64,000 nucleotides of DNA, from contig JAAILG010000139.1 in NCBI GenBank assembly GCA_012026655.1, forward strand, positions 1 through 64,000, written 5' to 3'. The position numbers were made by a program, and so were the translations under genes. Positions 35,546-48,080 of the stretch are shown here, piece after piece (within the stretch, counting starts at the first letter, position 1; every line of letters begins with the position of its first letter). The DNA comes from Hydrolagus affinis (taxonomy: Eukaryota). Below the pieces are notes generated by a model. The model saw nothing but the letters and a program-made list of their open reading frames with translations, did no database searches and had not been told where the DNA came from.

Positions 35546-38216
35546 TTCTGCATTGTCTACATTATTTGTGGATTAGGAAACGGCACGGTCATCATCTAAA
35601 ATACAAATTGCCTTTAGGGTTAGTTAAAAATGTCTTCTACTAGAACTTACACTGTCATCACCTTTCTGTGTGTTGTCTTGTGGTCAGTCCAGCTAAACGC
35701 ACAGTGATACTCAGTTGTCTCTTCTTGTTCTCTTATATGAAGGTTGCTGTACAAGTACAATGTGCTAATGACAGTTTGTGTCCTAGTATTTGTGATTCTG
35801 CTCTACAATGAGGAAAAGACAGACTGAGGTACAAACCCTTTACTGTCATTGTAAACACTGTAATGAACATATTAATCGCTAATTGAAGATTTTTCTTTTT
35901 TTTTTCATCCTTCATGCGAAAAACTGCCTTGTTCAGACCAAAATATTGATTATTTCCCATAGAAAAAATATATATTTTAAATCCACTACAAGGCCCCAAT
36001 CGCTTAACACAGTGCACGACAGAGTCAGGCAGGAAGTCAAGAGTGTTTTAAAAAATATAAATTAAGAAATACTACATTGTTGCAGTGAAACACATCAATG
36101 GCTAAAGGGAATTAGGTGCAATAGTAAGTTGTCACAATTTGATTCCCTCAGTTTAGATTGCTGGGGTTCTTAAGACTTACTGAACCTTTTCAAAGGCTGG
36201 TTAACATATCCTGCAAAATCCACAAAGAACAGCAGTTCCAATTCTTGCATTAGTTACATTTAGTTGCCTCACTAGTAAGTGCCCAGAGGATGCAGTGGAG
36301 GCTACAAAACTGTTCAACAGGACGCAAGAGATATTTACTGTCTCTTAGTGGATGTGTAACAGTAAAACCTAATCAAACTAGTTGGTCAGAACTCTTGCAC
36401 ATCCATTCCTATCTCTACCAACTTTCTTGGCAGCAAGTTCCAGTTGTTGACAGGTAGGTTGATGTAGTGATATGGGGGAGCAGTTGGGTGTTCTGAGGGG
36501 ATGAGATCGACTGGGCTGAGCTGATGGGTCTTTTTCAGCCCGACCAACCCTGTGACCTTAGGGTGCTCTTTCTTCTACCATGCAGCAAGGCTTGACTTAT
36601 TTGTTATATTGAGAGAGCCGTAATAATTAAATATTTACACGCGTATAAGTCAGTGTTCTTGAAAACAAACGGAAATTGAGAGTCACATTCAAGCGTGTTT
36701 CACCGCTTTGTCCTGGCTTTCGTTTTTTCGTTTTCCTTTGACGATTCGTGTACGCCTTGTGGCTAGAATGGCATAAATTAAGCTCCTCCCATCCAGCCAA
36801 CCATTTTTGAGAAAGTTCTTAAAAGCGATTTGAATTGCACCACTGTATTCTAAACTCTGTTAAAAATGTGTGGGGAAAGGGCAAGGGTTTGAGAGTAAAT
36901 TGATTTCAGAGGGCCAGCACCTCCCACCTTCTGTCCTACAAATTTCTCCAATTTTTAAAAATGCATGTACTGTAGTTTAGGTTAAGATATCAATGATTTT
37001 GCAATATTTTAAATGCTTGAATTTCGCTCCAGATTGCATGAATGTATCACTGCCAATTTCCGATTGCACCAATCTTTTAGACTGTATTTTTATCCATTAC
37101 TTGCCTGATGTTTCCACAAGCTCTGGAATATTTAATATTTCATACTTTCTCCACAGTTCTGCGAAGCAGTTAGTTGCTTGACTAAAGTCATGCCTTCCCG
37201 GTTGTCATTTATTTGCTTCCGTTGGGTTAAGTAATTAGATTTCACTGAGCCTGTATAAATAGATTTCAAAATAAATGTATCAAACCGTATCAATCATAGC
37301 ATTAGTTTTGATAACACAGCGTTGCCTCCTAATACATTTGCTGTGAAATTGCATTCACTTTTTCTTATAGTTCGAGTAAGAGTTTCATGGTCAATCTGAT
37401 TTGTCCTCTGCAAGTCTTATTTTATCCCTGCAGGTGTTGAATTTTAGATTACAGAGTGACACCACATTCCAGAAAATCGTTATCCCTCTGTTCTGTTTGA
37501 TAATAATTCAATGGCACTTGCCCACGTGTACTGTTTGAGTCATGTGCTGTTTGTCAAAGAAATAATAAATGACCATTAACACATTAGTTTGGTCCTCTGG
37601 TCCACAGACAAAGAGGCTTAATTACTTGATATAAAATCTTCACGCTCCCACTGTAGGTAGATGATTCAGAGATCCAGGAAGTTTGATAAGACACATTATA
37701 ATTCCACTGGACCTCAAATTAATTTGAATAGGCCCAGTATTTGAGATATGTAGGCCAATTTAAGCCTTCCAACATGAAAGGTGCTCTATGAATGTAGTTT
37801 TTTTGTTGTTGCTTTTTTCAGCCAAGCTGAATTGGTAGCATCTGTTCCTGTGAGTCAGAAGCTTGTGGTTTCAAGCCTAACATCAAGCAGTTGAGGTTGG
37901 CATTCTACTGAGTTGCTGAGTGCTAATCTTTAAGGAACAGAAATGTGTTTCTTTCACTTTAAAATGCATTTATTGACAACTATCACATTGTATGTTACAA
38001 AACATTCTCCCCAGTATCCCAGCAATATTTTAAAGGTTCCACCATCTATCAAGGGCTAGTATCTGAAACCGACTGTATACGAGTTCTCAATCAGGAAGGT
38101 TCAATTCCAAATCCAGAGCTGACCACGAGGGCTGGGCTATTTTTCGAACAACCGTTTTGCCAGTCAGATATTGTTAAGAGTTGTGACATTGATGCCTATC
38201 TTCTATTCTATTCCAG

Positions 38217-38366
38217 GTCAGCTGGCTGTAGGTACATGTGAAATAGTGACTTTGGACAGAGACAGTAGTCAGCCACGAAGAACTATAGCCCGGCAAACAG
38301 CACGATGTGCTTGTAGAAGAGGGCAGATTGCAGGTACAACCAGAGCCAAGCCAGCCTGTGTGGATG
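38217..38366 (+). CDS. TAFA5: TAFA5-family coding exon 2 (150 nt): GQLAVGTCEIVTLDRDSSQPRRTIARQTARCACRRGQIAGTTRAKPACVD
   Basis: Acceptor ttctattccAG ends at 38216 and donor GTAAGT starts at 38367; phase 1/1. The translation (in ORF 38171..38374) is near-identical to the recalled TAFA5 mature N-terminal half. Confidence 0.96.
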
Positions 38367-39489
38367 GTAAGTGAGAAAAGGGGTTTATTTTAACATTTCT
38401 CTGTCAAATTGATAGAATCATGGAATAATATGCAGCCACCTGAAATGTGTACCATTTTTCCCCCCCCTGTATTGTATGCCATCGGCTGCAGTAAAATCCT
38501 AATGTAATGGTTGATGTTATGATAGTTGAATAACATTTACGGGAGGCGCTATATGAGTAAAAAATGCTATGTGAAACATATAAATCATAGGCTATTGGTG
38601 ATGTAAACAGCAAAATGACAGAGACCTGAGAGTGAAGACTAGTTATTAAACACAAATACCACCATGTCAGTGAAATGCAATTTCCAGTTGAACAGCACCG
38701 TTTGGCGTTTCATAAGATGATGCAATTTCCAACTTTCTTCGAAAACAATTTATAATAAATCCTTGCATTTGGTATTGAACTAGAAGTATAATTGGAAACC
38801 TTACATCGAATAGATGATTAATTTCCCCCCAGTCCGTGACCTGCAGTTCAGAAGATGATACATAATTACTCAATAAACTGTGGCATCTACAACAATACTA
38901 ACTCTTAGTGTGCATTAATGAATTGACTTATTTGGGTCGATTTTGCCCTGCTGGCAAGCCATTTTGTTGTGGTGAGTTTTTACCATGTCAAGAAATTGAC
39001 CTATCCCATCAATATTACAACCATATTCACGTACACACTTTGGGTGTTGACTGCGGGAAGGAAAGGAGGGGAGGCTGGGGGAGTTTCTGATCGTTCATTT
39101 CTTCACTTAAGGACCTTGTGATTGAAACAGAATTCTCCAGATGTTGAGGAATTCACTTAACTTAGAGGGTGAAAGTCACTTGCCAAGGTAGAAAACATCA
39201 CTAATGAGAAATCCACCCCTTGTTATTCCACACTCGCACTAAAAGAGCTTGATAATGAGCTTGCTGTGCATCCAGTGGGAAAGTGTTTCATTCCCTAACA
39301 TGTTTTATTTTGATCAGCAAATTGCATTGGGTGAATATTAGTGAACACCAACAGCTTTGAACCTGGCTACTTAATACTTAGGCTAATTTTAGGCACTTTT
39401 TCCCCCAAACAACCTTATTTAATGGTGATTCCCTTCCCTCATCTGGTTCTCCAGTCAAAGTAGAACTTCCAGTCTTCATTCTTACAAAG

Positions 39490-39665
39490 TCCCACCTCAA
39501 GACTCTCCTCTTCGATGGTCTCATAGGTCACCCCACCTCCCCTCCGTTTCGCTCCACCCTCCCCGATCTCGACCCCAGCTCAGGTCTGAAGCCCTGACTG
39601 TTCAGCCCCTTGGAACATCCTCCTGACGTGAAAGGTGCTATACAAATGTAATTTTGTTGTTGCTG
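39490..39665 (+). mobile_element. L2 3' fragment
   Basis: cctcaagactctcctcttcgat...ttcagccccttggaacatcctcctgacgtgaaaggtgctat...(ttg)n. Confidence 0.85.
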
Positions 39666-39969
39666 ATGTCGTATTTTGATGAGTTCTGATTAGTTTATGA
39701 ATCACCCTGGCTTTGCCTTTCGTCTTTTGCTAATGGTATGACTGAATTTTTGCTTGATTGAACAGCAATAATTCTGTCTGTTTCTCGGTTGGCAACATGG
39801 TTTCAATATCATCATTCAGTAATGAAACCCCAGCAAGATGCCATGTTAACAATTACATTTTCTTACTTACAAGAAAGCAAAATCAGCACTTAGACAGATA
39901 TCCCTAATGCCTAGAAACACAGGAGAATTGTTTATGATCTATTAAGTCCATGGACTGTAACCCATAGTC

Positions 39970-40220
39970 AAACTGGCACTTACAGCGCAGTCCTGGAGGA
40001 GTGAGTCAATGTGTTGAGGTGCTGTCTTTCGGATGGGTTAAACTGAGTTCTTGTGTGCCTAATCTCTAGTGGATGTTAAAGATCCCTTGACACCTTTTGG
40101 GGAAAAAAAATCTTTCTCTATGTTGTCTGGATAACAATTCCCCAGATTAATTAGGTGTGATTGTTTGTGACGTTGTGCTGTGCGCAAAATAGTTAATGAG
40201 TTTCCTTACAAGAGCAGTTA
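39970..40220 (+). mobile_element. Degenerate DeuSINE-like copy
   Basis: gaggtgctgtctttcggatgg..ttaaactgag...gtggatgttaaagatccc...tgctgtgcgcaaaat. Confidence 0.7.
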
Positions 40221-40659
40221 CCATGTGAAAATGCAACATTTTTCTCTGTCTCTGTCTCCGTGGAGGACAAAAGGGACTAGTTAAGTATAGCTGTGCCAAG
40301 CTTCCAATTTGCTGAGTCGGTATTTTGAAGGTAGGATTTAGCTAAATGCAAAATGCTTTAATTTGTTTATTAACACGTTTTCAGTTCTAAATCTTAAAAT
40401 CGCAAATCAAAATACAGGTACGTGCTTTGTTCCTTCATTCAGTTTAAGAAATGAGCATGGTTGGTGCTGGAACCCTGTGCTGAATAATTTGTCAGGTTTG
40501 AAGACGAAACAAAACTGTCCAAATCTATTCCTATTTTTAGCATTCTCCTAATGAATGCAAGCCTGTGCCCATGCTAAGAGCTATTTATACATGACTTGGA
40601 AATATAAATTCAATGTGCACTTAGGTGATGTGCCTATTTAGCTGATAGAATTCAGTATT

Positions 40660-40895
40660 GATCCAGAAACATTTCTTTACACAAAGGGTTGTGATAATGT
40701 AGAATGCACTGTCTCAGATGGCCGTAGATGCAGATCGATTGAGATGTTTAATGTGAAATAAATAGATACGTGTGAAGTTAAGGTATTAAAGGATAGAAAT
40801 GGTAGGCAAATGGGATTAAAAGATCTGCTAGGATCTAATCAACTGTCAGATGATATTCAATGGACCTGACTGGTCTCTTTCTACTTCTATGATTT
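40660..40895 (+). mobile_element. Degenerate CR1 3' fragment
   Basis: agaaacatttctttacacaaagggttgtg...gaatgcactgtctcag. Confidence 0.7.
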
Positions 40896-41339
40896 TAATA
40901 AGACTAGACTGTAGTGAATCACCAGTAACTGTAATGCTAAAGGACAGGTTAGCTTGCTCATCAATTAGGAGTAAGTGAGAAGCATGAGTGACCATCATTT
41001 CCATTACTTGTCTGCATCCGATGGTAATAAGCCTATTTTACTGAAAGCCAGAGAATATGGTCACTTATGTTTTCGTTATTGCCCAAATTAGATTTTTTTC
41101 GACCCACAAAATGGGGCGCCAGGTCACCACTGGCATCATTTCCTGTCCAGCGTTCAGGAAGTGAGGTCAGCCTCAATCTGATCAGCCAGTCGTCCACCAT
41201 TTTTGTCACGTGAAAAAACAAATAGCTATCAACAAAAGTAAATTCAGCAATAAGAATCAGTTCCCACCAAACCTTCTCATGAAATAATTATCACATTAAA
41301 CCTGATGAACAGTTGCAAAATGTACCCCTTACTGCGCAT

Positions 41340-41605
41340 GTTTTGCGTTCAAATCCAGGCAGGTCAGGGTGAAACCTTGAGCAAGTTTCCTTACTCCACA
41401 TCCCTAACAATAATCCATAAAAAAAACACAATAATAAAAATTGGTCATTTCAATCCACGACTGTTTTGTGGGACGCTGCTGTGCGCAATTGGCTGCCGCA
41501 TTTCGCTCACAAAATATACAGTCAATTCACTTTACAATATATTCTGTGAAGTGCTCTTGTCGTCTCAAAGACGTGATAAGGGACTATATCAAGGATTATT
41601 ACTCT
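41340..41605 (+). mobile_element. tRNA-SINE, short form, head truncated
   Basis: B-box gttcaaatcc, aaccttgagcaagtttccttactccac, body and tail. Confidence 0.88.
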
Positions 41606-44600
41606 TATTTATTTGTTAGGTGTGTTTAGCTCTGACTGGCTGATGGACCTGTCAGTCAGATCAATGACTCACTCGTCTTAAAGGAGACCAATCATTTAAC
41701 TGAATTCCTCACCCCATCCCAAAGAATATTTCCACTCACCGTGTACGGAAATGAAAACCATTCAATCCCATTTCTCCACGCCCCTTAAATAATGACGTTC
41801 AGAGGGCGTAGCACTCAGATCAAAAAATTATATTCTATTCCCCCCCCCCCTGTTATTTGTGGCCAACTATAAGAAATATTTCAATTCATTTTATTTCTTG
41901 ATGGGATTTACAGCACTGATAAATAGTGTTATAGTCATAAAGATTAAGAGAAAGTGGAATGAGATGGAACAATCCTTCCTGGGTTGTTTTGAGCCAGAGA
42001 AAGGGCTATAACTCATTTTCGAGCAGAAACAAGTGTTCATAGAAGCCATAATTTTTTATTTAAAGTATTTCGCCCTGATTTATGTCTCACCTGTCAAGCT
42101 GCAATAATTCTTTGAAATGCATTTATTATGGGGAATGACCTTGATGTTTTGCTGTGTCGATGGATATTTTTCTCTTTGCTGGTCTACCTCTGCAAGTACT
42201 GGATATGCATCATTACTCCTTGTGGCAACGCAAGGCAGTCTTTTGAAGCGTGAATCTTACAGATAGACCGCACTCAATTTATCGACAGAAACATATTAAA
42301 GAGATCAGTCACAATCATGATATTTCTGACGAATGCCATGTTACAGTCAAGCATATCGATGCTTATATTTATAACACACTATGAACGCATAACAATGGAT
42401 ATATTAATAAATAAAGTACAACTAAATTATAAAAACATTGCTCTCTTTTCAGCTAAAAATATGTTTTTTTTTTAAAAAGTACTGGTCAAGGAATTTCAAT
42501 TTATGACCTTTGGAAATTGTCACCGTTTCACATCAGCATTTAACATTAGCACCGAAAAAAAAGCAGTTTGGAATAATTTCATTTTATGGATGTATTGTCG
42601 ACAGAAATACCTAAATCCTTCACCGTACAGAGCCTTGAGATGTCTGATGTGCGACGTGCTCTATAAATGCAATCTGTCGTCGTTGTTGTTGTTTAGCCTT
42701 CCCCTGGCAGTTTGTGGATTTATTACCAACAGAGTGGTTCAGCACTGGTTGCCTATAGCTGCGCATCATATAGCTTCAATACAATGGATGTATTTGGTTA
42801 CATAATAAATCTCCAGAACGCTGTTCAGAACATTGCCCCAAGCACATTCCAATGGCAATGTCACTCAACTTAGATTGCACCATGGGAAGCGGAATAATAT
42901 TCCTTGCATTTGATCTAGCATCCACAATGTCAAAGTCTCAAAGAGAGCCAAAGGTAATTGCTGTCATGTGTCATCATGACTGTTTATTTGTTGGCAAAAT
43001 GCACCAGCCATTTTGTGCAATACCACAAGGTATTGCAAGCAGCCATGAAGGAACCTTTCGTCGTCATCTGGAGAATTGTTAGCCAAGACACACAGAGAAA
43101 CTCCCTTCTTGTTTTGAGTAGTGTTCAGGGAGCTTGAATAGACAGAAGAGAAGGGATATCAGAAGACTGGCATTTCTAACAATTCAGTTGCTTGCTGTAT
43201 CGGTATATTTTATGACCGTAGAGTAATGCGATAATTGTCTGTAAACAGCAACATTGATCCATTTTGCTGGATTGAACAACCTTGCATAAATTCTTAATTT
43301 TGTTGGTCTAGTCCCACACAGGGCCACAAACAGGATATTCAAAGGCTCTATTTAAAAGACTAGAAGTTACATCTTCAGACTAAAAGTATCACATCTCATT
43401 CCGATCTTATTTTTAAGGCATTCAACCCTTAAAGGCTATTAATAGCGTGAGATTTTTGCCATCTACAAACCCATTATTGGCGATTTCGAGGCTCACCCAG
43501 CGAGAGTAAGGCGCATTGTTTCCAAGTTTCGGACTCAAGTAATCGTCCAGCTAGATTGTGAAAATGATAAATCTATTGGATATGTAGTGTTTCAGAATGT
43601 AATGGCTCACTTAACTCTTGGCCCTATGTAATGCCAGTACTTAGAGTAGAGCAAGCTGGCAGAATCAAATTATACTGACAGCCCCTTCATTGTATTCGAT
43701 GACCCTGTGTCCAAATGCCATTCAATTATTGAATATTGGGGGAGAGCCAGGAAAACTATTGGCAAGAATACAAAACTATCACAAAACAGACCTGTGATCC
43801 AGTAAAACACAGATTTAGTTGCCTCGTTTTTTTTAGTGGGGAGAAAGGAAAGGGAATCCTTCGCAACTTAAGTCAGTCAATTGTGAAAGGAAAGGTCTCA
43901 GATGGGATCTCATGGAGGTGGATAATATATTAAGTGAATTGGGGAAAAAGTAAACCCGGAACAAGACTTCAAGATGCACAAGTTCAGGGAATTCTGGAAT
44001 TCACTGGAATTCATTTAAAATCACAGCTCGATACTGTGATGAGAGCAACAAACAGGTGGGTATTCAACTTGAAGCTAGAAATCTGGATAATGCCATATTT
44101 TTCCATGTTGCTGGAAGGAACCATCTATTCACCCACTAAGTATACAGTCAGTTCACTTCACAGCATAATCTGTGAAGCACTTTGAGATACCTTCAAGTTG
44201 TGATAAAGCGCTATATTCAATGCAAGGATTATTATTGTTAAATCACCATTGGAAAGAAGAAGATGGGTTTCATCTCATTACTTGAATTCCTAAGGACAAA
44301 TCTCTGCAAATCAAACTTTGCTTTGACAAACTGGAATCTGTCTTGAAAGACCACATTGGATTTAATGATTTTGCCTTATACGACACTATAACAAGGTTTT
44401 GTTCAGTAATTACCTTTAAATTCTGCTGTGGAGTATAATAACACCAGAAATAGCAGTTATTAACTCTTAACTGGAAGCCCCAAATCTACATAATGCAATG
44501 CACAATGCCACTCGCTCAGAACCTGTAACTTCTGTGTGGAACCCGCAGTCATTTTCCCGCGTTGCAGGCGATGTATAAGTGCGTTCCGACAGCGTCAATC

Positions 44601-45229
44601 GCAATCTGCTGAAACCTTTAATTGTGTGAAGCACAGCTAATGTCAGGACCTTGAGTAAAGGGCCTGATCTCTCTGCTAACGTGGTCGTGTCAGTTGACCA
44701 CAATGAGTGCCACCAGAATGTGTTATTTCACAGCCTTTTTATCAGAGGGAGGGCGGGGTAGCCTGATATAAAGAACTTCAGTGCAACGCTGCCTAGTTTG
44801 AAAGACATATCATTGACGGACCCCAACATTAGCAAGGCAACCCTGTTATTAAGCACCTCACTGGAGCTAATAGTTTACAGTTACAAACTGAAAAGAGCAT
44901 CTGTTTGCGAATTTTTTTTTCTTTCGTTTAACAATAACAACTTGCAACTGTATAGCACCCTTCAGGCGGAATAGAGTCACAGGAGCTTAGTTGATGGTGA
45001 AATACTACTTTGTATACCCTTTATCAATCTCTTCCAACCTTTCTACATCTTTGCGTCAAACGTATTATGGAAGCATTTGATTTGCAAACCGTTGCAAGAT
45101 TATACGATCGGATCAGAGGAAGAAATGACCTTCGAACCATTTGTTCCACCCTTCAACTTGCTGTCCTCCCACCACAGCATTGAGAAATGTATCTCAAAGT
45201 CTCGTTAGTTAAGCAATTGTTAAGCACCG

Positions 45230-45482
45230 ACACAACAAATTACATTTGTACAGCGCCTTTCACATCAGGGAGGCATCCCAAGGTGTGTTGGACAGTCAGG
45301 GATCAGCATCTGAACTGGTGGTTGGAATCAGGATTGGTGGAGGGTAGGGTGGGGGGGTGTTGGGAGGGTGTGGGTTGGGGGCTAGGAGTAGAAGGGTAAT
45401 TGAAGGCACGGTTGAAGAGGAGCGTCTTGGAACTGGTATTGAAGAAGGCACGGGAGGCTTTGGGTTGGAGTTCCAGAGGGTG
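45230..45482 (-). mobile_element. L2 3' fragment
   Basis: acaacaaattacatttgtacagcgcctttcacatcaggga...gaaggcacggttgaagagg. Confidence 0.85.
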
Positions 45483-45559
45483 GTTCTTCCATTTACTTGA
45501 TTTCAGGAGTTACTCCAACTTCTCTGATCTATAAACAGGGAAAGGTCATCATTGAGAAT

Positions 45560-45626
45560 CAGCGCCTTGGGACGTCCTCCCGACGTGAAAGGCGCTCTAT
45601 AAATGTAAGTTGTTGTTGTTGTTGTT
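45560..45626 (+). mobile_element. Minimal L2 3' end (stem-loop + tail), near-identical to 3400-3470
   Basis: cagcgccttgggacgtcctcccgacgtgaaaggcgctctataaatgtaag(ttg)n. Confidence 0.88.
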
Positions 45627-46088
45627 ATCATTTTCGCTGCTGCTCGCCTCCAACGGAGCAAAAACTGATGGTTAATGGCTTTGCCCTTCATTTTCAAGAA
45701 GTATTTAAAAGGTAAGGGTTAGTGATTCTAGATAGAGTGCATTAACCAATTACTCTTGACGGGATGATGGGGCTAGAAAAGTGTCCAAATCCATTGTCAT
45801 TTTATACCAGCAACAGAATGAATATTAGATAACAGCTGTAGTGTGTTTTAGCCAATAGCTGAAATCCAGTTTTTTTTTGGTTCTATTCCTGGAATTTCCG
45901 ACAACTTTTCTTTGACTGATCTCAAGGGTTTCTCAACCTACACTTTGCTGATAATTTCTTGCTGGCTGGAAGAGAGAATTTGCCAGTTTTCTTCCTCGCA
46001 CCAACAAATAATAATACTCACATTTGAGAGAGGGCCTTTAACTTGCAAAGCGCTTCGCAGGAGTTACTGTCAAGTGCAGTGACTGTGT

Positions 46089-46155
46089 CAGCGCCTTGTG
46101 GCGTCCTCCTGACGTGAAAGGCGCTATATAAGTGTAATTGTTGTTGTTGTTGTTG
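46089..46155 (+). mobile_element. Minimal L2 3' end nested in an older minus-strand SINE (46010-46235)
   Basis: Starts at cagcgcc and is flanked by TGTGT on both sides; SINE sequence resumes after the tail. Confidence 0.85.
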
Positions 46156-47837
46156 TGTATTTTGCAGGAAATAATGCGGCAGCTGATTTGTGCGCAACAA
46201 TCTGCTGCAAACAGCTATGAAGTGAATGACTGTTTCTCTCTGCTGTTTCTCTCCCCCCCACCCCCCCCACCAGCTTTTTCCTGGCAAGACATTATGATTA
46301 AGACTGTGAAACGAAATCAAGCTTCCCGCTTCACATCATTCCACAGCTGGAGAGGATATTGCTTTGTGTCTAGCACTATAAACAGTCCATTAAGGTTGGC
46401 TCCATTTTCCAATCGAGCTTTTCAATTTGAGAAACGACTGCCTCGTCAGCAAAAGTGAATCAATTATATTAGCAAATATACTCCTGTTGAAGAAGTGTGT
46501 GATTGCTCATTTACAACCGAGTTTTCCTGGAGATCACAACAGCCGCCCAGAAGTCCGTTACAATCTACCTTCAAAATTATAGATCAATAAAACGCATTTG
46601 CGGATGCTCACTGAGAGACCCTTGCATTGTGCGCGATAATGAAGCTGGGGAAGTCGTGCTAACCTGGGGCCTTAACCTTTGTCCGCCACCACTTAAAAAT
46701 ATATACTAAAACATTAATTACCCTCCTTTGACATTCAACGTTTTGTCCCTCAACCCCTACCTACCACTACCATTGGCCGCCCTTTCAGCCACTAAATCTC
46801 GACTCCCTGTCTCAATCCCTCTGCATTGCCCCCTAATTTTCTTCGACTGATCTCAGAGTTCCTCGATGTATTCTTTGCTGGTATTCACTGGCTGAAGAGA
46901 AAGCTCTTATTCCCTGTAGGTCACACCTGAAGACTTTCCTCTTCGACCGTGCCTTCAGCCACCAATCCTTTCTCCCGGGCATGGGGGGAGGGGTCAAACC
47001 ACAGCAATGTTAACTGCTGTGAGACGATACCCCGCGTCTAAATACAGGTTGTTATTTCTCAATTAAAAACATTTGGCATCAGTCGGAACTGCTGCTTTGT
47101 CAAGCTTCTTAACACAGACAGACAATATACCATCAATTAACATATTAACACGTGACAGCAGGTTTTTTTCCTGTGAGGACCATTTGGTGTGTTGTGTAGT
47201 CGGACAGGCTGGCTGATGGGCTGCCTGTTTGTTTCCATTCTCAATTCACCAGACAGTTCTTAGTCAGCACTGATGTCTGTGTGTGTAAAAAAAATCAGAC
47301 GGCAGAGCTTGCTTACAGCAGACCAGCAATATAGGGGCCAAGATCAGCAAAGTGTCTAATGCCAAATCAATTAGACGAGATGTGAGAGTAATCATGCAGC
47401 TTATTGCATTCAATGGGACGCACATTAAAAGAATTCAACTGAAACAGATGGAGAGGTCATCAGATACCTTCCTGTGAAATTGTTCCACATCTGCCGTAGT
47501 CCTCCATCTCCTTCTCTCTGCCTCTCTCCCTTTCCCCTCTTCCATTTCACTGTTTCACTCTTGTGCGTTCTCTGCCTCTCCTTACCTGATCACATTGCTT
47601 CTCATATCCCGAGGCACCAGGGGAGTCTATAGTGTACTGAGGTGGATTAACTTAATAACTTAACATCAGTGTTAATAAGCTTATGTAGAAGTTTCTCTCT
47701 ATAGGGGCCTTAGTTAGCATTTTTTATATTACAATCATTAAGATCATTAAGTACCCAGGGCATTGATATGCAGTACATTTTAAGTGTAATCTAATTATGT
47801 CCTCAATAGCTTTACTCAGATTCAATTGGATGTCAAT

Positions 47838-48080
47838 AAAATAATAATCATAATAATAATCCTTGCATTTGATATAACGCTTTTCATGTCTACTGGACGT
47901 CTCAAAGCACTTTGCAGAATATACTGTAAAGTGAATTGACTGTATATATGTGGGTGAAACGCAGCAGCCAATTGCGAGCAGCAATGTCCCACAAACAGTC
48001 TTGGATTGAAATTACCAATTTATTATTTTTTTTGAAGGATTATTAAGAGACGTGTGGAGTAAGGAAACTTGCCCAAGGTG
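47838..48080 (-). mobile_element. tRNA-SINE, short form, head missing
   Basis: Tail through ggagtaaggaaacttgcccaagg. Confidence 0.9.

Larger units (their letters stand above)
480..38216 (+). other. Intron 1 of the TAFA5-family gene (37,737 nt, repeat-rich)
   Basis: GT..AG between exon 1 and exon 2 with matching phase. Confidence 0.85.
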
